Source: an uncultured Candidatus Rokubacteria bacterium
GTDB lineage: Bacteria; Methylomirabilota; Methylomirabilia; Rokubacteriales; CSP1-6
Assembly (NCBI GenBank): GCA_963762145.1
Contig: CAVXJS010000021.1
Span: 512,001 to 576,000 of the forward strand
DNA length: 64,000 nucleotides
Reading direction: 5' to 3'
Part shown: piece after piece, positions 1 through 10,975 of the stretch
Position numbering within the stretch: the first letter of the stretch is position 1
Layout: every line of letters starts with the position of its first letter
Made by a program: the position numbers and the translations under genes
Notes under the pieces: generated by a model
The model's input: the letters and a program-made list of their open reading frames with translations, nothing else
Told to the model about the DNA's origin: nothing
Databases searched by the model: none

Positions 1-534
1 GGCATGCGCGCCTCCGACACCGCGGAGCTGTCGCTGCAGGACTGCCCGGTGCCGGCCGAGAACCTGCTGGGCGAGGAAGGCCGCGGCTTCCACCAGCTCG
101 CGGCGGGACTGCAGCGCGAGCGCATCATGGCCGCGGTGCTCGCGCTCTCCGGCGCGGCGCAGGCCCTCGAGGACACGCTCGCGTACGTGCGCGAGCGGCA
201 CGCCTTCGGCGAGCCCCTCGCGGCCAGGCAGGCGCTGCGGCACCGGCTCGCCGACATGGCCACCGAGATCGAGGCCGCGCGCCATCTCGTCTACCACGCG
301 GCGTCGCTCTACACCGCGGGCCGCGACTGCGTCACCGAGGTGTCCATGGCGAAGCTCTTCGCCACCGAGGTGGCCAACCGGGTGGCCTACCAGGCGGTGC
401 AGCTGCACGGCGGCTACGGCTACATGAGCGAGTTCCCGGTCGAGCGCTTCTTCCGCGACGTGCGCCTGTGGACGATCGCCTCCGGCACCTCCGAGATCAT
501 GCGCGAGATCGTCGCGAAGCGACTGCTCTCGTGA
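1..534 (+). CDS. Acyl-CoA dehydrogenase, C-terminal part (5' truncated by window)
   Basis: ERHAFG, MAKLFATE, QLHGGYGY and RDVRLWTIASGTSEI motifs of the ACAD C-terminal domain. Confidence 0.93.
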   Translation, partial: GMRASDTAELSLQDCPVPAENLLGEEGRGFHQLAAGLQRERIMAAVLALSGAAQALEDTLAYVRERHAFGEPLAARQALRHRLADMATEIEAARHLVYHAASLYTAGRDCVTEVSMAKLFATEVANRVAYQAVQLHGGYGYMSEFPVERFFRDVRLWTIASGTSEIMREIVAKRLLS

Positions 535-1286
535 CCGACACTCCGGCCGCCGTCCTCACCGCGGAGGGCCCGGTGGCCCGGCTCACGCTCGAGCGCCCGC
601 AGGCCCGCAACGCTCTCAGCCGCGCGATGGCGGACGCGCTCGACGCGGCGCTGGCGCGTCTGGCGACCATGGACGCGGTCCGGGTCGTGGTGGTGGCCGG
701 CCGCGGGCGCTCCTTCTGCGCGGGCGCCGACATCGGCGAGATGCCCACGCTGTCGCCCGCGGAGGCGGAGACGCTCTCCGGTCGCTGGCAGCGCATCATG
801 GACGGCTTCGCGGCCCTGCCTCAGGTCACGATCGCGGCGGTGCAGGGCCACGCCCTCGGCGGCGGGCTCATGCTCGCGATCGCCCAGGACCTCCGGGTGG
901 CCGAGGTGTCCGCGCGCTTCGGGCTGCCCGAGGTCACGCTCGGCTTCAATCCCGGCTACGGCATCGCGCGGCTGCTCGACATCGCGGGCGGCGCCCACGC
1001 GCGCGATCTCATGCTCACCGCGCGCGTCGTGGACGCGGCGGAGGCGCACCGCATGGGTCTGGTCACGCGCGTGGTGGCCGACGGCGAGCTCGAAGCGGCC
1101 GCGCTCGAGCTGGCGCAGGAGGTTGCGCGCTCGCCGCGGGGCGGGCTGGCCGCCACCAAGGCCATCACCGCCGAAATCCGGGCGGGGCGGGCCGGCGCCG
1201 AGTCCCGCGCCTACGCCGCGCTCCGGGCCGCGCCCGACGCGCAGGCGCGGATCGCGGCCTTCCTGAATCGCCGCCGGGTCTCCTAG
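531..1286 (+). CDS. Enoyl-CoA hydratase/isomerase (crotonase) family protein
   Basis: GTGA overlap with upstream stop; RNAL, FCAGADI, GHALGGG and FGLPEVTLG motifs. Confidence 0.9.
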   Translation: MTDTPAAVLTAEGPVARLTLERPQARNALSRAMADALDAALARLATMDAVRVVVVAGRGRSFCAGADIGEMPTLSPAEAETLSGRWQRIMDGFAALPQVTIAAVQGHALGGGLMLAIAQDLRVAEVSARFGLPEVTLGFNPGYGIARLLDIAGGAHARDLMLTARVVDAAEAHRMGLVTRVVADGELEAAALELAQEVARSPRGGLAATKAITAEIRAGRAGAESRAYAALRAAPDAQARIAAFLNRRRVS

Positions 1287-1313
1287 AGAAGCCCCCGACC
1301 AGAAAGGACACGT

Positions 1314-2352
1314 ATGGCCGACGCCACGCTTCCACTCCTGTACACCCACGTGATGGGCAGCCACGGCTTCCCCTCGTGGTTCTGGACCGCGCTCGACAAG
1401 ATCAAGGCGGGCGAGTACGGCCAGACCGACGTGCGCGAGACCTTCGACGACGCCACCCAGCTCGCGATCCGCGACCAGGAGCGCGCGGGCATCGACGTGC
1501 TCTGCGACGGCGAGATGCGCCGCTACTTCTTCGTGCAGACATTCTACGGCCACATGGACGGGCTCGAGACGCTCGAGCCGCTGCGCAAGACCGGCCTCTA
1601 CGCCTACGACAGCGTGCCGCGCTACCGCGCGACGCGGAAGGTCACGGTGCCGAAGGGCCTCGGCACCGTGGACGAGTTCAAGTACCTGGTCACCCAGACC
1701 GACAGGCCGGTGAAGGCCACCTGCCCCGGGCCGGTGACGCTCTCGATCCACATCCAGACGCGGCCCGGCGACGCCTACGACGAACGACCGGCTCGCGCTC
1801 TGCTGGGACCTCGTGCCCGCGGTCAACGCCGAGCTGAAGGCGCTGGCCGCCGCCGGCGCCACCTGGATCCAGGTGGACGAGCCCTCCGCCGCCATCGTGC
1901 CCGGCCAGGCCGCCGAGTACGTGAAGATGTTCAACGCCTGCGTGGAGGGCGTGCAGGCCAAGATCGGCTACCACGTCTGCTTCGGAAATCTATTGTCGCG
2001 GCCGCGGGGCAAGCGGTCGTACCGGTGGATGTTCCCGATGCTGCTCGAGACCCGCTGCGACCAGTTCGTGTTCGAGTACGCCAACCGCGAGATGGCCGAG
2101 ATCGAGATGTGGAAGGAGATCGGGGTGGACCGCGACGTGGCGTGCGGGGTGGTTGACGTGAAGAGCTTCTACATGGAAACTCCCGAGGACATCGCGGAGC
2201 GGGTGGCCCTGTGCCTCCGATCCATCCCGGCGGAGCGGCTGTCCCTGCTGCCGGACTGCGGCTTCTTCCCGGTCCCGCGCTGGGTGGCGTTCGAGAAGCT
2301 CAAGCGCCTCACCGCCGGCGTGGCGCTGGCGCGCAAGCGGCTGCAGGGCTAG
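1314..2352 (+). CDS. Cobalamin-independent methionine synthase II (MetE C-terminal-like, Zn thiol-alkyltransferase) family; split by a frameshift near 1783
   Basis: DQERAGIDVLCDGEMRR in ORF 1314-2156; IQVDEP, HVCFGN, FEY and PDCG continue in ORF 1813-2352; RBS AAAGGA. Confidence 0.85.
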
Positions 2353-2381
2353 GACCAATCACTCTCACAGAGGAGAGCCTC

Positions 2382-3686
2382 ATGGCAACCGCAGAGGAGA
2401 GCCCCACGGCAACAACGAGACGCGAGTTCCTGACCATGGTGGGCGGCGCGGCCGCGGCGGGCGCGGTATCCGCGCCGGTGGTGGCGCGGGCGCAGGCGAA
2501 GAAGGGCGTGCCCACGGATCCGGTCAAGATCGGGGTGGTCGCCATCCGGGCCGGCATCGCGGCGCCGGTCGGGACCGCGGGGCTTCGCGGCACCGAGTGG
2601 TGGGCCGAGCGGGTCAACAAGGCGGGCGGCATCCTGGGCCGCAAGGTCGAGCTCGTGGTCGAGGAAGAATCCACCCCGAAGGACACCGTCGAGCGCTATC
2701 GCAAGCTCATCCTGCAGGACAAGTGCGAGGTCGTGCTGGGCGGCATCTCCACCGGCGTGACCCTGGCGCTGGCCCCGGTGGCCGAGGACCTGGCCACGCC
2801 GTGGCTCTCGTGGGACGGCACGACCCAGAAGGGCGTGGACGAGACCATGCCCAATCCGAAGTGGGCCTTCCGCAGCGTGGACAACGAGGTCGAGGCGATC
2901 GTGGCCGGGCAGCTCACCCCCAAGTACTTCAAGGGCATCAAGACGGTGGCCGGCATCGGCAACGACTACTCCTACGGCCACGACTGCTGGCAGACGTACC
3001 AGGCGGTGCTCAAGCGCTACATCCCGGACGTGAAGTTCGTGCTCGAGCTGTTCCCCAAGCTCGGGGTCACCGACTTCACCTCGCACATCGCGGCGATCCA
3101 GCAGTCGAAGGCGGATCTGCTGATGTGCTCGTTCTGGTCGGGCGACGCCACCATCATCATGAAGCAGGCGGCGGCGGTGGGCCTCTTCAAGACCATGAAG
3201 GGGGTGTTCACCACCGCGGGCGGCGTGCACGACTCGCTCAAGAAGGAGTTCACCCCCGAGGGGCTCCTGCTCGGCTACAACTCGATGTACTTCGACGATC
3301 CCAAGGGCAGCGCGCTGCTCAAGCAGTTCGTCCGCGAGTACAAGGCCAAGTACAACGAGTACCCGCCCTACGAGTGCGACCACGGCTACTTCTGCGCCGA
3401 GTCCTACAAGGGCGCGGTGGAGAAGGCCTACGCGGCGGCCGGGCAGTGGCCGTCCAAGGAGCAGGTGGTGAAGGCGCTCGAGGGCATCGAGGTGGAATCG
3501 CTCTCCGGCAAGCGGAGCTGGCGAGAGGACCACATCCAGATGTGCAGCTTCTACCAGGGCGTCACGACCCACAAGAACAGCTACGACTTCGTCACGATCG
3601 ACCCGATCGAGGTCGTCTCGACCAAGCAGGGCATGAAGCCGGCCGGCGCCAAGCTCATGGACTGGATCGCGAGCTGGAAGATCTGA
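2382..3686 (+). CDS. Branched-chain amino acid (Liv/HAAT) ABC substrate-binding protein with Tat signal
   Basis: RBS GAGGAG; TRREFL twin-arginine motif; VNKAGGILGRKVELVV and NDYSYG motifs. Confidence 0.88.
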   Translation: MATAEESPTATTRREFLTMVGGAAAAGAVSAPVVARAQAKKGVPTDPVKIGVVAIRAGIAAPVGTAGLRGTEWWAERVNKAGGILGRKVELVVEEESTPKDTVERYRKLILQDKCEVVLGGISTGVTLALAPVAEDLATPWLSWDGTTQKGVDETMPNPKWAFRSVDNEVEAIVAGQLTPKYFKGIKTVAGIGNDYSYGHDCWQTYQAVLKRYIPDVKFVLELFPKLGVTDFTSHIAAIQQSKADLLMCSFWSGDATIIMKQAAAVGLFKTMKGVFTTAGGVHDSLKKEFTPEGLLLGYNSMYFDDPKGSALLKQFVREYKAKYNEYPPYECDHGYFCAESYKGAVEKAYAAAGQWPSKEQVVKALEGIEVESLSGKRSWREDHIQMCSFYQGVTTHKNSYDFVTIDPIEVVSTKQGMKPAGAKLMDWIASWKI

Positions 3687-3696
3687 CCCCCGCCCA

Positions 3697-3781
3697 CCCC
3701 CTCACCCTGCCCTCTCCCCCTCACGGGGGAGAGGGTTCCCGTCCCCCCTCTCCCCACCGGGGAGAGGGCAGGGTGAGGGGG
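3697..3781. repeat. Head-to-head double copy of the CCCCTCACCCTGCCCTCTCCCC-loop-GGGGAGAGGG REP-like repeat
   Basis: CCCCCTCACCCTGCCCTCTCCCC at 3697 pairs with GGGGAGAGGGCAGGGTGAGGGGG ending 3781; two internal hairpins. Confidence 0.9.
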
Positions 3782-3788
3782 CCGTTCC

Positions 3789-4784
3789 ATGACTTCGATG
3801 CGCCGGCGCGCGTTCCTGGCCATCTTTGCCGCCGGCGTCACCCTGCCGCGCCTCGCGCCCGCGCAACCGGCGGGGCGCGTCTACCGCCTGGGCATCCTCG
3901 CGCCCACGGCCCCGCCGCCGCCGACCGATCGGAGCATTGCCGTGATCTTGATCCCGAAGGCCCTGGGCGAGATGGGCTATGCGCAGGGCCGTGATCTCGT
4001 GGTCGAGGTGCGCTATGCGGAGAACCAGATCGACCGGCTCCCCGATCTGGCGCGCGAGCTTGTCCGGCTCCGCATGGACGTCATCGTCGCGATCAGCGGG
4101 TCCTCCGTCCGGGCGGTGAAGGCGCTGACGTCCACGATCCCGATCGTCCTGTACGGGAATCTCGACCCGGTCGCGGCCGGGCTCGTAAAGAGCCTCGCCA
4201 AGCCCGAGGGCAACATCACCGGAGTCTTGATCGCACCCGCCGGAACCCTGGCGGCCAAGAAGCTCGAATTGCTCAAGGAAGCGGTCCCCGGGGCCACCCG
4301 CATCTCCTTCCTCGCGCCCGCGGATCCCGGCATCAAGCTCCAGGTGCAGGAGACGCGGCAGGCCGCGGCGACGCTCGGCATCAGGCTGACCGTCACCGAA
4401 GTCCAGGCCCGCGACTACGAGCGGGCCTTCGCCGCGCTGGCGGCCGATCGGCCGGAAGCGCTCTTCGTCGGCGCGCACACCTTCTTCTTCCGCGACCGCA
4501 AGCGGATCATCGCGCTCGCCGCGAAGTACCGCCTCCCCGCGATCTACGAGTGGCCCGAGCACGTGGAGGACGGCGGGATGATGTCCTACGGCAGCAGCCT
4601 CACCGGGACGACCCGCCGGGTCGCGGTCTACGTGGATCGCCTCTTCAAGGGCGCCCGGGTCGCCGACCTGCCGATCGAGCAGCCGGCCGAGTTCCAGCTC
4701 GTGATCAACCTCAAGACCGCCCGGGCCCTCGGGCTCACGCTCCCGCCGTCGCTCGTGGCCCGGGCCGACCGCGTCATCGAGTAG
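3789..4784 (+). CDS. ABC substrate-binding protein, putative Trp/Tyr-binding (PF04392-like) family
   Basis: MRRRAFL leader; DPVAAGLVKSLAKPEGNITG and ADLPIEQPAEFQLVINLKTARALGL signatures. Confidence 0.88.
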   Translation: MTSMRRRAFLAIFAAGVTLPRLAPAQPAGRVYRLGILAPTAPPPPTDRSIAVILIPKALGEMGYAQGRDLVVEVRYAENQIDRLPDLARELVRLRMDVIVAISGSSVRAVKALTSTIPIVLYGNLDPVAAGLVKSLAKPEGNITGVLIAPAGTLAAKKLELLKEAVPGATRISFLAPADPGIKLQVQETRQAAATLGIRLTVTEVQARDYERAFAALAADRPEALFVGAHTFFFRDRKRIIALAAKYRLPAIYEWPEHVEDGGMMSYGSSLTGTTRRVAVYVDRLFKGARVADLPIEQPAEFQLVINLKTARALGLTLPPSLVARADRVIE

Positions 4785-4799
4785 CCGGACGCTCCTCGC

Positions 4800-5687
4800 G
4801 TGACCGCGAACGTCGTCAACATCCTGATGAGCGGCATCTTCCACGCCGCCATCCTGTTCCTGGTCTCGGCGGGGCTGCAGCTCGTCTTCGGCGTGCAGAA
4901 GATCTTCAACCTCGCGTGCGGGTCCTTCTACGCCCTCGGCGCCTACGTCGGGGTCTCGGCCGTCTCGGCCTTCATCGGCGCGGGCGGCTCCCCCGTCCTC
5001 TTCATCCTCCCGCTGGCGGTGGCCGGCCTCGCGGTGGGCGCGGTGGGGCTCGTGGTGGAGCGCGGCCTGCTCCGCTTCGTCTACGACCGCGACGAGACCT
5101 TCCAGCTCCTGCTGACGTTCGCCCTCGTCCTCATGATGGAGGACGCGATCCGCCTCACCTGGGGGACCGCGCCCCAGTCCACGTCCGGCTACTACCTGCT
5201 CTACGGGCAGGCCCGGCTACTGGGCGCGGTGATCCCGGTCTACAACCTGATCGTCATCGCGGCCAGCGTGCTGATCGCGGCCGGCCTCGGCTACATGCTC
5301 ACCCGCACCGCCTTCGGCCGCATCATCCGGGCCGCCGCCGACAACCGCGAGATGGCCGAGGCGCTCGGAGTGGACATGCGCGGGGTCTACGCGCGGGTCT
5401 TCACCCTCGGCACCGCGCTCGGCACGCTCGGCGGCGCGCTCGTCATCCCGGCCACCGCGGCCATGAGCGAGATGGGCATCGAGCTGATCGTCGAGGCCTT
5501 CGCGGTGGTGGTGATCGGCGGGCTCGGCAGCATGCGGGGCGCGCTGGTGGGCGCCCTCGTGGTCGGCGTGCTCCGCTCCGTCGCGATCAGCGTGTATCCC
5601 GAGATCGAGATGCTCCTGATCTACCTGATCGTGATCGCGGTGCTGCTCCTGCGCCCCCGCGGGCTCTTCGGCGGAGCCGCCGCGTGA
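4800..5687 (+). CDS. livH: Branched-chain amino acid ABC permease LivH-like
   Basis: GLQLVFGV, FNLACG, GRIIRAAADNREMAEALGV and VVVIGGLGS motifs; hydrophobic. Confidence 0.88.
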   Translation: MTANVVNILMSGIFHAAILFLVSAGLQLVFGVQKIFNLACGSFYALGAYVGVSAVSAFIGAGGSPVLFILPLAVAGLAVGAVGLVVERGLLRFVYDRDETFQLLLTFALVLMMEDAIRLTWGTAPQSTSGYYLLYGQARLLGAVIPVYNLIVIAASVLIAAGLGYMLTRTAFGRIIRAAADNREMAEALGVDMRGVYARVFTLGTALGTLGGALVIPATAAMSEMGIELIVEAFAVVVIGGLGSMRGALVGALVVGVLRSVAISVYPEIEMLLIYLIVIAVLLLRPRGLFGGAAA

Positions 5688-6625
5688 GGGGACGCCTGAT
5701 CCTGGGCCTGGCCCTCGTGGGCCTGCTCGTCCTGCCCCTGCTGCTGAGTCCCTACCGGCTGCTCCTGATGCTGCCATTCATGGCCTACGGGGTGATCCTG
5801 CTCGGCCTGAACCTGCTCTTCGCCTACACCGGCCTGGTCTCGTTCGGCCACGCGCTCTTCGTGGGCATCGGCGCCTACACCGGCGCCTTCCTCGCCGCCC
5901 ACGCGGGCATCCGGTCGATCGAGGTGGTCGTGCTGGCCGCCGCGGTCCTCGGTGCCGTCGTGGCCGCCCTGGTCGGCCTGCTCTGCGTGCGCTACGTGAA
6001 GATCTACTTCGGCATGCTCACGCTCGCGTTCGGGATGGTCTTCTACACCTTCGTGCTCAAGTTCTACCGGATCACCGGCGGCGACGAGGGCATGCCGGTG
6101 CCGCGGCCCCTCCTCCTCGGGCTGAACCTGGACGCGATGCCCAAGACCGACTACCTGGTCGGCCCCTACTACTACTACTGCCTCGGGGTCCTGATCGTGG
6201 CCGCCGCGGTCATGTGGCGGATCGTGCACTCGCCCTTCGGGCTCTGCCTGCGCACGATCCGCGACAACCCGGCCAAGGCCGAGGCGCTCGGGGTGAGCGT
6301 GACGCGCTATCGCTGGTACGCGTTCGTGATCTCGGGGGTGTTCGCGGCGGTGGGCGGCGCGCTCCTGGGCCCGCCGATCGGCAACGTGGACCCCACGCTC
6401 GCCTACTGGACGCACTCGGGCAGCCTCGTGTTCATGGCGCTGCTGGGCGGCTTCGCCCACTTCTTCGGCCCGGTGCTGGGCGCCCTCGTCTTCATCCTGC
6501 TGCAGGACGCCGTGATGTCGGTGGTGCCGTACTGGCGGCTCGTGTTCGGCGCGATCCTCGCCGCCATCGTGATCTTCGCGCCCGGCGGGCTGATGGGCTT
6601 CCTGACGAGGCCGCGGCCGTCGTGA
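5684..6625 (+). CDS. livM: Branched-chain amino acid ABC permease LivM-like
   Basis: GTGA coupling; YTGLVSFGHA, YFGMLTLAF, TGGDEG and SPFGLCLRTIRDN motifs. Confidence 0.88.
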   Translation: MRGRLILGLALVGLLVLPLLLSPYRLLLMLPFMAYGVILLGLNLLFAYTGLVSFGHALFVGIGAYTGAFLAAHAGIRSIEVVVLAAAVLGAVVAALVGLLCVRYVKIYFGMLTLAFGMVFYTFVLKFYRITGGDEGMPVPRPLLLGLNLDAMPKTDYLVGPYYYYCLGVLIVAAAVMWRIVHSPFGLCLRTIRDNPAKAEALGVSVTRYRWYAFVISGVFAAVGGALLGPPIGNVDPTLAYWTHSGSLVFMALLGGFAHFFGPVLGALVFILLQDAVMSVVPYWRLVFGAILAAIVIFAPGGLMGFLTRPRPS

Positions 6626-7404
6626 GCGCGATCCTGGAAGCGCGGGACGTGCGGAAGCTCTACGGCAGCTTCGTCGCGCTCGACGGAGTGAGCCTCGCGG
6701 TGGGCGCCGGCGAGTTCGTCTCGATCATCGGCCCCAACGGGGCCGGCAAGTCCACCCTCATCAACCTGCTCACCGGCGTGCTGCGCCCCACCGCGGGGAC
6801 GGTGCGCTTCAAGGACCGCGACGTGGCCGGCATCGGCCCGGTGGCCCTGACCGGGCTCGGCCTCGCCCGGAGCTTCCAGCTCGTGCAGATCTTCCCCGAC
6901 CTCACCGTGCTCGAGACCCTGCTGGCCCCGGTCATCTCCCGGCTCGGCCGGGGCACGTCGCTCTTCCGCTCGCTGGCCGGGGATCGCGAGGTGCAGGACG
7001 GCGCGCTCGAGGTGGCCGAGCTCTTCGGGCTGGCCGACAAGCGCCACGTGCCCGCGCGCCAGCTCCCCCAGGGCGACAAGAAGCTCCTCGACGTGGCCTC
7101 CGCGTTCGCGCTCCGGCCCGAGGTCATCTTGCTGGACGAGCCCACCAGCGGCGTGAGCACCGCCGAGAAGTCGGCCATCATGGAGATCCTGGTCACCGCG
7201 TCCCGGCGCATGGGCCTCAAGGCGATCATCCAGGTCGAGCACGACATGGATATCGTCTTCGGTTACTCGGACCGCATCGTCGCGCTCCACCAGGGGAAGG
7301 TCCTCGCCGACGCGACGCCGGCCGCGATCCGCGCCGACGCCCGCGTGGTCGACATGGTTATCGGCCGTGCCCACCCTCTCCCCTCTCGCTCCGAGGGAGC
7401 CCGA
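6622..7404 (+). CDS. livG: ABC ATP-binding protein LivG-like; expected TGA at 7402-7404 reads CGA, so the ORF runs on to 7809
   Basis: Walker A GPNGAGKS, RSFQ, LLDEPTSG and VEHDMD; homology ends just before the livF ATG at 7404. Confidence 0.85.
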
Positions 7405-8111
7405 TGCTCACGGTTGAAGCGATCGACGTGTTCATTCAGTCGAGCCACATCCTGCGACGGATCTCCCTCGAGGTCCGCGACCGCGAGGTGGTCTGCCTGG
7501 TGGGCCGCAACGGCGCGGGCAAGACCACCACCCTCCGCGCGATCATGGGCTATCTCCGCCCGCGGGCCGGCCGCATCGTCTTCCAGGGCGAGGAGATCCA
7601 TCGCCGCCGCACCCACGAGATCGCCCAGCGCGGCCTCGGGTTCGCGCCCGAGGACGGCGGGATCTTCGCCGACCTCACGGTGGCGGAGAACATCGAGATC
7701 GCCACCTGGACGCGGCCGGGCGGCCGCCCCGCGGCGGAGCGCGTCGAGCGCGCCTACGAGGTGTTCCCGGTGCTGCGCGGCTACCGGCACCGCAAGGGGC
7801 CCGAGATGAGCGGCGGCGAGCGGAAGATGCTCTCGGTCGCGCGGGCGCTCGCGCTGGATCCCCACATGCTGGTGCTCGACGAGCCCTTCGAGGGCCTCTC
7901 GCCCGCGATCATCCCCGCGGTCAGTCGCGGCCTCGCCGAGATCACCCAGCGCGGGCACGCGATCCTGCTCGCGGAGTCCAATATCCACCACGTGCCCGAG
8001 TTCACCACGCGGCTCTACGTGATCGAGCGCGGCGAGATCATCTTCGCGGGCCACCCGGACGCGGTGCGCGGCGACGCGGCGACGATGAGAGTGATCGGCG
8101 GCACCGCGTGA
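7404..8111 (+). CDS. livF: ABC ATP-binding protein LivF-like
   Basis: GRNGAGKTT, MSGGERKML and LDEPFEGL motifs. Confidence 0.9.
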   Translation: MLTVEAIDVFIQSSHILRRISLEVRDREVVCLVGRNGAGKTTTLRAIMGYLRPRAGRIVFQGEEIHRRRTHEIAQRGLGFAPEDGGIFADLTVAENIEIATWTRPGGRPAAERVERAYEVFPVLRGYRHRKGPEMSGGERKMLSVARALALDPHMLVLDEPFEGLSPAIIPAVSRGLAEITQRGHAILLAESNIHHVPEFTTRLYVIERGEIIFAGHPDAVRGDAATMRVIGGTA

Positions 8112-8127
8112 CCGCGGGCCGCGACCG

Positions 8128-8988
8128 TCAGCGCGCGGCGGCGCGGATCTCGTCGAGGACGGGCAGGATGTAGCGGCGGAACTGCGCCGGATTCTCGGCC
8201 ATCGGGAAATGGCCGATCTCGGTCATGACCGTGAAGCGCGCGCCGGGGATCTTCTCGGCGGTGAGCCGCGTGTCCTCCGGCGTGCACGAGAAGTCGTACT
8301 CGCCGGTCAGCAGGTAGAGCGGGCAGCGCGCGGTGTCGATCTGACCGACGCGGTCGCGGAAGTCGCCGTCCACTCGGTAGAAGTGGAGATCGCCCTTGAA
8401 CACGCCCGGCCCGCCCTGCATGTAGCCCCAGAGCGTCTCCCAGCGCGTCTCGTCCGGGCTCTGCGGGGCGATGAGCCCCGACATGAGCGCGCCGCAGAGC
8501 TCGCCGCCGTGCACGTCGGGGCGATGGAGCCAGCCGGTATCGTCGTACCAGGGCGGCTGGTAGGCGGCGGACTCGAGCCCGATGAGGGCGCGAAAGCGCT
8601 CGGGGTGGGTCCGCGCCAGCTCGAGCACGATCTTGCCGCCGATCGAGCAGCCGAGCACCACCGGCCGCTCGAGGCCGAGCGCGTCGCAGAAGGCCAGGAT
8701 GAGCTCCACGTAGGCGCTCGTGGTGAGACGGTACTCCTCGTCCTGCCAGCCCGCCGGCGGCAGCGACTTGCCGTGCCACGGCATGTCGAAGGCGAGCACG
8801 CGGAAATGGCGGGTGATCGCCTCGTCGTTCAGCAGATGGCGGAACTGGCGGCCGTCGGCCCCCGCGGTGTGCAGGCACACGAGCGGGATCCCCTGCCCCG
8901 CTTCCTCGAAGTAGAGGCGGTGCGGGCGGCCGTCGAGAGACAGGCGCAGGTACGTCCCCTTGATCGGCTCGAAGATCGGCTCGGTCAT
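8128..8988 (-). CDS. Alpha/beta-fold hydrolase
   Basis: LHTAG oxyanion region, DMPWHGKS, nucleophile elbow GCSIGG, GEYD acid and GHFPM histidine. Confidence 0.85.
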   Translation of the reverse strand: MTEPIFEPIKGTYLRLSLDGRPHRLYFEEAGQGIPLVCLHTAGADGRQFRHLLNDEAITRHFRVLAFDMPWHGKSLPPAGWQDEEYRLTTSAYVELILAFCDALGLERPVVLGCSIGGKIVLELARTHPERFRALIGLESAAYQPPWYDDTGWLHRPDVHGGELCGALMSGLIAPQSPDETRWETLWGYMQGGPGVFKGDLHFYRVDGDFRDRVGQIDTARCPLYLLTGEYDFSCTPEDTRLTAEKIPGARFTVMTEIGHFPMAENPAQFRRYILPVLDEIRAAAR

Positions 8989-9378
8989 TCAGCGCCTCCG
9001 TCGGGGCGCGGCCACCACGTCCTTGACGTAGCGCAGATGGGCCATGAGCGGCACGAGGTCGCCCTCGATCCGGGCCACCCCGAGCTTCTTCATCGCGAAG
9101 AGGTCGTGGTACCCGGGCGCGGGTACCGGCTCCCAGAAGCGCTGCCAGGTCTCGGCCGAGGCGCGCAGCGCGAAGGTCCAGGAGCGCATGAGGAAGGGGC
9201 CGCGCTCGACCGCGGCCACCCGGCCCTCCACCACCCGCACCAGGAACTCGGCGTCGCCGGCCTCGACCAGGAAGGTGGCGGTCAGATGGCGCCCCCGGCG
9301 GACCAGCCCCGCATCGTGATTGACCAGATCCGGGAGAGAGAGGATGCTCGCATGGGTCTCGGCCGCGGCAACGCTCAT
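8989..9378 (-). CDS. Small hypothetical protein, SCP2/sterol-carrier-like
   Basis: Abuts the hydrolase start; C-terminal ARIEGDLVPLMAHL resembles SCP2-like tails; TATACT -10 box 8 nt before ATG. Confidence 0.6.
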   Translation of the reverse strand: MSVAAAETHASILSLPDLVNHDAGLVRRGRHLTATFLVEAGDAEFLVRVVEGRVAAVERGPFLMRSWTFALRASAETWQRFWEPVPAPGYHDLFAMKKLGVARIEGDLVPLMAHLRYVKDVVAAPRRRR

Positions 9379-9429
9379 GGCCGGACAGTATAATCGCACC
9401 GCCGGTCGAACGGTGGGCAAGGAGGCGCG

Positions 9430-10899
<1,470 letters not shown>

Positions 10900-10975
10900 C
10901 GCCGCGCCCACCGTCTCCGCGCGCGGCCGGCCGGGTTCGGCCGGCCGCGAGGAGACGGCGTGGGGAGCGTACGGC

